64,000 bases of DNA from the human T2T-CHM13v2.0 reference genome, Homo sapiens, in NCBI RefSeq assembly GCF_009914755.1, contig NC_060926.1. One strand, written 5' to 3'. Below are positions 1-64,000 of this stretch, in pieces. Below the pieces are notes generated by a model, which saw only the letters and a list, made by a program, of their open reading frames with translations, ran no database searches and was not told where the DNA came from. Position 1 is the first letter of the stretch. The number at the start of each line of letters is the position of its first letter. The position numbers and the translations under genes are program-made.

Positions 1-589
1 CCCTCTGACACCACACTGTGAGAGCCATGCAGGAAGCGTGGAAATCCTGAACACTAGAAGATCCTCTGCAATCTGACCCCAGGACTACCTTTTCAACCTC
101 CCTCCCAATACCGCAGCCCAAGGTGTTAGGTCAGCTCCCTCGCCAAGGCCCCCAGAGCACCTGTGCATCACAGTCACAGTGCGTCTCACACGCAATGAAG
201 TGGCCCTTCAATTCCTTGCCTACCCCAGCCTTAACCTCCCAAGACTCTGCTCCACATGGGCTGGAACTAACCTTCACTTTTATTTTCTCTGCCCTAGTAA
301 GGCTTGTCATAGATGGGACTCCATGAAAGCGTGAAGAAGGAATAATGATATGATGCAGTATGATATGATATGATAAAGTCAATAGTTATTTGAGTCATAC
401 TTACCTATGTTTTCAGGCGGTGGCTTTCCACAGTTTTTATGCATGATCCCCAGGCGGAAATCTATTTTACATTATGACTCAGTACAAACATTTATATACA
501 TTAAATGGGAAGAAAAATGTTATGAAACCATTACTTAATACACGGGAGACATTCTAATTTATTCTATTCCTTTCCATTCCTTTACTCTC

Positions 590-1021
590 TTATGTTTTCC
601 AAGAAGCAGACCCTGAGACAAGGATTCAGATGCAAGTAGTTTGCTTTGGAGGTGATCCCAGGAAACACCAGTAGAGTGAGGAAGTGAGACAGGGAAAACA
701 GGGCAGCCAGTGAAAGGTTTGTATTCCAGAGCAAAATGTGTGCCTCATCTCTGTGTTATCCTGACCGAGGGGTGGGGTACGGTGTGTTCAGTGTATTTAT
801 ATACAACTCCCTCAATTATCTGTTAAGGGCATTGGGCCAAGGGGATGCAGGGGGCTAATTTCTTAGTACTTCTGACCTACTAGGATGGCTTGATCAAAGC
901 AGGTTCCAGGAGAAAGCCCTCAGCCAGTGAAATGCAGGCGCTGGCTGATGGAGGTGGGCTGGCATGCACAGAAGTGTGAAAGCAAAGGGATATGAGCGGG
1001 ACACCAACAGCATCTGCTACA
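590..1021. mobile_element. MLT1-type MaLR LTR nested in an old hAT-like MER (~415-1115)
   Basis: agcagaccctgagacaaggatt...gaggtgatcccaggaaacacc and end catctgctaca; flank ends cccacagtttgaaaagcagtg. Confidence 0.6.
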
Positions 1022-1477
1022 TACATGATTTCCTGTTTTAAAATGTTTGAGTCCCTATCCACTAAACTGATATCACAATCTACACATGGATTGCAACCCA
1101 CAGTTTGAAAAGCAGTGTATTTCCTAAAGAGTGGTCCTTAGGAGCTATGTACTCCTGGTAGCCTGTGAAATGATTTTAGGTGGCACATGAACAATATTTT
1201 TTCATGTTAATCTTTATTTTAAAAATTCAAGCTGCATTAGGGGAAAAGATAAAACCAGCACTGCTGAGATAACAGAATTTTCTTCTTGTATAAATATATT
1301 GAAGGAAAAATGTAAGTGAATTTAATTGTAAATACTAAATAGGCGATACATGGGTATGGGGGAAATGGGAAGGCAATGCTTGAAAGGTGGAGCTCAGGAT
1401 CTTCTGCACTTAGCATGCCCCTTGATTGCAGCCTGGTCTTTGCTCTTTGACTCTAACTGTGCTTCTCCCCACTGCAG

Positions 1478-58148
<56,671 letters not shown>

Positions 58149-58286
58149 CTGAATTTACTACAAAGGCAAACTTTCAAAAGGATATCTCATTTTTGTTTCT
58201 AAATATGTATCAACAGGTATCAACAAAATCCTATTTTGAACTATTTTACTCAGAAATGAATGTCCCAAATATCCTAAATTATTCAT

Positions 58287-58292
58287 AATAAA
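58287..58292 (+). terminator. Likely main ACMSD polyadenylation signal AATAAA (further copies at 58345-58350 and 58396-58401)
   Basis: First AATAAA after the stop codon, ~140 nt downstream, followed by T/GT-rich sequence. Confidence 0.75.
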
Positions 58293-59920
58293 AATGATTT
58301 GTAAGTGTTTTCATTCTGAAAAGCAGTACATTATTTCATGTGCAAATAAAAAATGATTTTCCCAGTGCTCTTTTAATTAATCTGGAGAAATACAAAATAA
58401 AATGTCATTAATGATTTATATGGAGAAAGATTCATCCTAGAAGACTTAGGTAGGTTGTCCATTTTGAACAAAGATATGTGAATTGGACTCAAATAACCTG
58501 TTCCATCTGCCTTTAACACCTACCATTAGCCCAGAACTGGGCTGGGAATGCTTTAGCCTCCACAAAATAAATAACATGAATATAGGATATCCATAACCTC
58601 AGGGAGCTTCCAGACCAATTAAGGAGGTAAGAGATGTTCATGGAATAATTACTAAGCTATCAACTTTGAGTGTCAAAGAAGTTTCGTTAAGCGGAATTCA
58701 CTTTGGTCTAAAACTGTGGAGCAGATCTTCACAGAGGGTGGAACATGAGAGTCCAGGAGATGAATAAGGAATTTTTAGGGTTAGAGGATGGGAAACAGGA
58801 AGGCAAAACTATGGGAACACAGCTGTGGTTTCAGACTGAATGAGACATCCATTTTAAAAGTTTTTGTCTATAAATTTACTCCTACCAGAAGCTCTTTTGA
58901 TTTTAAAATACCGAGCAGAATGTATGAAGCTAACTGTGGAAAGTTAATAGGGCAATACCAGGGTAGCCTTGTTTTACCCATTTCATTTATGGTCCCACTT
59001 GGGCTGCTGAAAAGGAACTTGGTCCTGGGATGGGTGATGAAATCTATGGTTCATCTGCCTCTGGCTGAATTCCAAAATCAAGCATGGATTCATTCATTAT
59101 TTTCCCTTCCATTCATCTAGAAAATCAAGAGTTGAGTATTGACATGTAATTTGTGCTGACCCCTCTCCAGAATAAAGATGAGATCTAATTCTTACTTCAC
59201 TATGCTCACGCCATTATTTTCACTTTATATAGTTCATTGCCCCACCTCCTTCTCACCCCACCCCCCACCATTTCTTTCTAGGATTTTACTCACCCACCAT
59301 CTGCTTATTGCTCCAATCTGCCCAAAAAGGAAAACAAAGTTGAACAAAGCAACAACATGAACCATATGTTATTTTTTCCTTCCCCAATCTTTGGGGATAA
59401 AGTCCATACCTTTTCAAATATTCTATATTTGAGCACTCTGAATACAGCATTTAATGATTGTTTTATTATAAAAAGTAACCCAATCACTTTATTCAATATC
59501 ATACACACACATACACATGCAGAGTGAATGGATATATTCATATTCACATGTTTTCTATGTGCCAGGACTATAGGAGTGCTCCAGGCACTGGGGGTATAGA
59601 TGTAAACAAAAAAGATAAAATTCCTTTTCTGACAAAACCTACAATCTGAAGAGTGAGAAACATAAATAAGGTAAGGAAGAAGAAAAAGAGGAATAAAAGG
59701 AGGAACAGAAGGAGGAAAGAAGGAAGGAAATTTTTCTTATACTGATAAACACTATGAAGAAATTAAAACGAAAATGTGGTAGTGACTAGGAGAAAGATGG
59801 GGGGGTAAAACGTTAAATTGTAGAGTCAGAGAAGGCCTCTTTAAAGAGGACTTTCAACTGAGATTTGAATGATAGAACAGTGAAGAAAATGCAAAGGTTC
59901 TGAGGCAAGAAACCTCGTGA

Positions 59921-60482
<562 letters not shown>

Positions 60483-60587
60483 AAGATTTTTATCTTGTTT
60501 CATAGGAAACCACTGGAGACTTTTTAATAGGTCTGTGACATGCTCGGACTTATGTTATTCTTTTAAAACAAACAAACAAAAAATAGA

Positions 60588-60952
<365 letters not shown>

Positions 60953-61833
60953 TCAAGAAAGGAAGTTGGAAGCTAGGCAAGAAATGATGGTGACTCAGGC
61001 ATAAATACAAGAATGGGGATCATGAGATATGTTTGTAGGCAGAACCAACAGCATTTAATGATGGACTAAATGTGAGGAAGAGGGAGGAAGGGGAGGAAAG
61101 AAATCAAGGCTGACTCCTGGGCATGTGAATGTGAAGTGTGTGTACACATGTGCACACCATGCTTTTGTCAATCAGTCTCCTATATTTGGACATTTAAATA
61201 ATTCCTAATGTTTTGTAATTATAAATAATACTGCAATAAAATTTGATTCATTTCCCAAATCATACATATGGATAAACTACAACTCTGATTGGATCAAAGA
61301 TTTAACTCTAAAATATTAAACTATGCAGGTACTAGAAGAAAAGATGCGAGAATTCCTCTTTAATCTGGGTGTAAAGAGGGTTTTCTAACTAGGACTTTCC
61401 TGGGCACATACTCCTGGTGACATTTAAGGTTTGAGATGATTAATAGTAGTTAATGGTGTTAAATGCATCCATACTTTAAACATAGGTGCTTTGATTCCCA
61501 GGCTTTTCACTTGAACAGCTGGGTAGATTTATTACCATATACCATAATGAGGAAGACTATGGGAGAAACAGCCTTGAGAGGAAAGAGAATCAACAGTTCT
61601 GTAGTTGGACTTGTTATATTTCAGATGCCTCTTAGACATTTAAGTAGGAATGTCAAGTAAGCACTTGAGTGTTCTAGTCTGGAGAGTTCAAGAGAGAGGC
61701 TAGGGAAAAATCACCAGTGTATAAAAGGTATTTAAAGAAATGAGACTGGATGAAATCACCTGGTGAAAAAGTAGAGTAGAGACGCAAAAGACCCTAGGCC
61801 TATTTCCTGGGATTCACTAACACTTAGAAGTTA

Positions 61834-62127
<294 letters not shown>

Positions 62128-63109
62128 CTAACAGCATTAGGCATACACACACACACACAAAATCAAAGCTACAATACTACGGTATTCAATAGAACCATAT
62201 GCCTCAGATATAACTCAATCCCTTTATCCCAAAATTTAATTCCACTTCTTACAGTCCCAACCTGATGAATGGCATCACCCAGTCACCTAATCCTTCTCCT
62301 TCACCCGTATCAATACACCATTAAATCCAAAAGATTCAACTCATTTTATATCTTTTATTTCTTATCTGTTCTTTCCTCCATATGGCTTCCAACTAAATTC
62401 AGGTCTTCATCTCTCAGCAGGATATTGAAATAATCCCTTATTTGTACCCCTGCCCCTTGGCTTAGTCTGGTACAACCCATCTTCTACCTTGGTGCCAGAT
62501 AAAAATGTCCAAAGTATGTATTTGATTATATTACTTTCTCTGTTAAAATTCCTCAGGACCTAAAGTGCTGGTTTCTAGGCTTTGGGATTTCATCGCTCAG
62601 TAACTCCCCCTTCAAAAAACCGAAAACAAAAAAAAAAATGTACTGCTATCTCTAACAGAGCACACCTCTCATTTTGAGTTGTGATTCCTATCTGCCTTCT
62701 AGACTGGACTTTCTTGAGGGATGACCTAAGTCTTCATTCACTCATGCATTCAACAAAATTTATTCAGGACTTATGATGGGCCAAGAACCATGCTAGATTC
62801 TGAGAGTATGAAAAAAGCAATCATGGTTCCTGCCCTCAGTTGTGCTTATAATCTAGTTAGGGAGACATGTATCAAGTAAGCAACAAATCAATAGAAAATT
62901 GCTACCACAACAGGAGCTAAGAAGGAAAGGCACATAGTATGTAGAAAGCTTATTATAAAGGATTTGTCCTAGTCAGAGTCGGAGAAAGATTTTTCAGAAA
63001 AAAGTTTTGCTTGAGCTAGGATCTGAAAGCAAACAACAGCTAAAAGGTAAAAAGGGAAGGGAAGAGTATTCCAGGCAGGAGAAACAGGATAAATGAAGCC
63101 TTGTGTCTG

Positions 63110-63504
63110 TGTAGGAAAACAGCCATTGTATGGCAAGAGTGACTCCATCTGGAAGGAGACTCGCCATGATAACTGATGTTTGACCACAGCATACCAAGGT
63201 GTTCTGCAGCAAGGTCTTTAAGCAATGCCTGTAGCATACATAGCCCTGCATAAAGATGCTTATCTAACCTCCCCAGTAGTCATGAGTTTCAGCAAGAAAG
63301 TCTGAGATGTAATCAGCTTGCCATACAAAGGATACTTTCTGGACAGTGAATGCAGGGACCCACCATTGCATGGTTATCCCAGATATCACTTCTGTTTGTA
63401 AGAGCCTATTAAATATTTCTTTCTGAGAAACTGAATTTGTCAGCCTCTTTCTTCAGCCTCTCACCTTGGGGGTGGGTTTGCACAGACCTGCTCACCACGG
63501 AACA
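63110..63504 (+). mobile_element. Solo ERV LTR (LTR47-like, family uncertain)
   Basis: TG...CA bounded ~395 bp, gcaagagtgactccatct near the start, ATTAAA at ~63408; interrupts L2-like sequence. Confidence 0.6.
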
Positions 63505-63629
63505 GGCAGGAGAGAACACAGCAAGAAAGAAAACCACTGTGGCTGAAGATGACAAAGGAAGACATTCTTGGTAAAAAGTGACAAGCTCATGTGAGGCCAT
63601 AAGTCAGTTGAGGAATTTTATATGTTGAA

Positions 63630-64000
63630 AAGCTGTGAGAACTCACAAATGGGAGAAAACATTTGCAAACTACCCATCTGACAAGGGATTAAGAACCAGA
63701 ATCTATAACGTGCTCAAACAACTCTACAAGAAAAAAATTTAATAATCTGATTTTGAAATGGGCAAAAGATTTGAATAGACATTTCTCAAAAGAAGACATA
63801 CAAATGGTAGACAGGCATATGAAAATGTCCTCAGTATCATGGCTCATCAGAGAAATGCAAATCAAAACTATAGTCAGATATCATCTCACCCCAGTAAAAA
63901 TGGCATTTTTCCAAAAGACAACCAATAACAAATGCTGGCAAGGATGTGGAGAAAAGGGAACTCTTGTCCATTGTTGGTGGGAATGTAAATTAGTACAACC
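63630..64000 (+). mobile_element. L1 ORF2 3' region running off the window
   Basis: atttgcaaactacccatctgacaaggg; gagaaatgcaaatcaaaac. Confidence 0.9.

Noticed and set aside
397-406. U1 snRNA-like ATACTTACCT (and gagataccatga at ~22615)
   Set aside because: Only 10-12 nt matches with no continuation; not a U1 pseudogene.

Overview
Human (primate) genomic DNA carrying most of ACMSD (aminocarboxymuconate semialdehyde decarboxylase, kynurenine/de novo NAD+ pathway; chr2q21.3 from memory) on the + strand. Nine GT-AG coding exons, numbered here 2-10 (1478-1522, 15508-15604, 18211-18260, 19637-19873, 23823-23916, 27216-27311, 28725-28897, 54629-54727, 58086-58148), join in frame to give residues 20-336 plus TGA. 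The first exon (19 codons) lies upstream of the window. The rest is intron or 3' flank dominated by about 27 Alus, L1/L2/MIR, MaLR LTRs and Tigger/MER DNA transposons; repeat family names are by-eye recognition and edges are approximate. Intron 2 contains the MIR5590 hairpin. I see no convincing previously undescribed multi-gene system, no CRISPR array and no foreign insert. The best leads are: (1) a cryptic splice donor inside exon 9 that the recalled Parkinson's variant p.Glu298Lys would strengthen, giving an NMD-escaping truncation; (2) exon 3 is dual-coding and explains a 278-aa isoform when exon 4 is skipped, with a G-quadruplex just upstream of exon 4; (3) MIR5590 appears to have arisen by a local inverted duplication inside a twin-primed L1.
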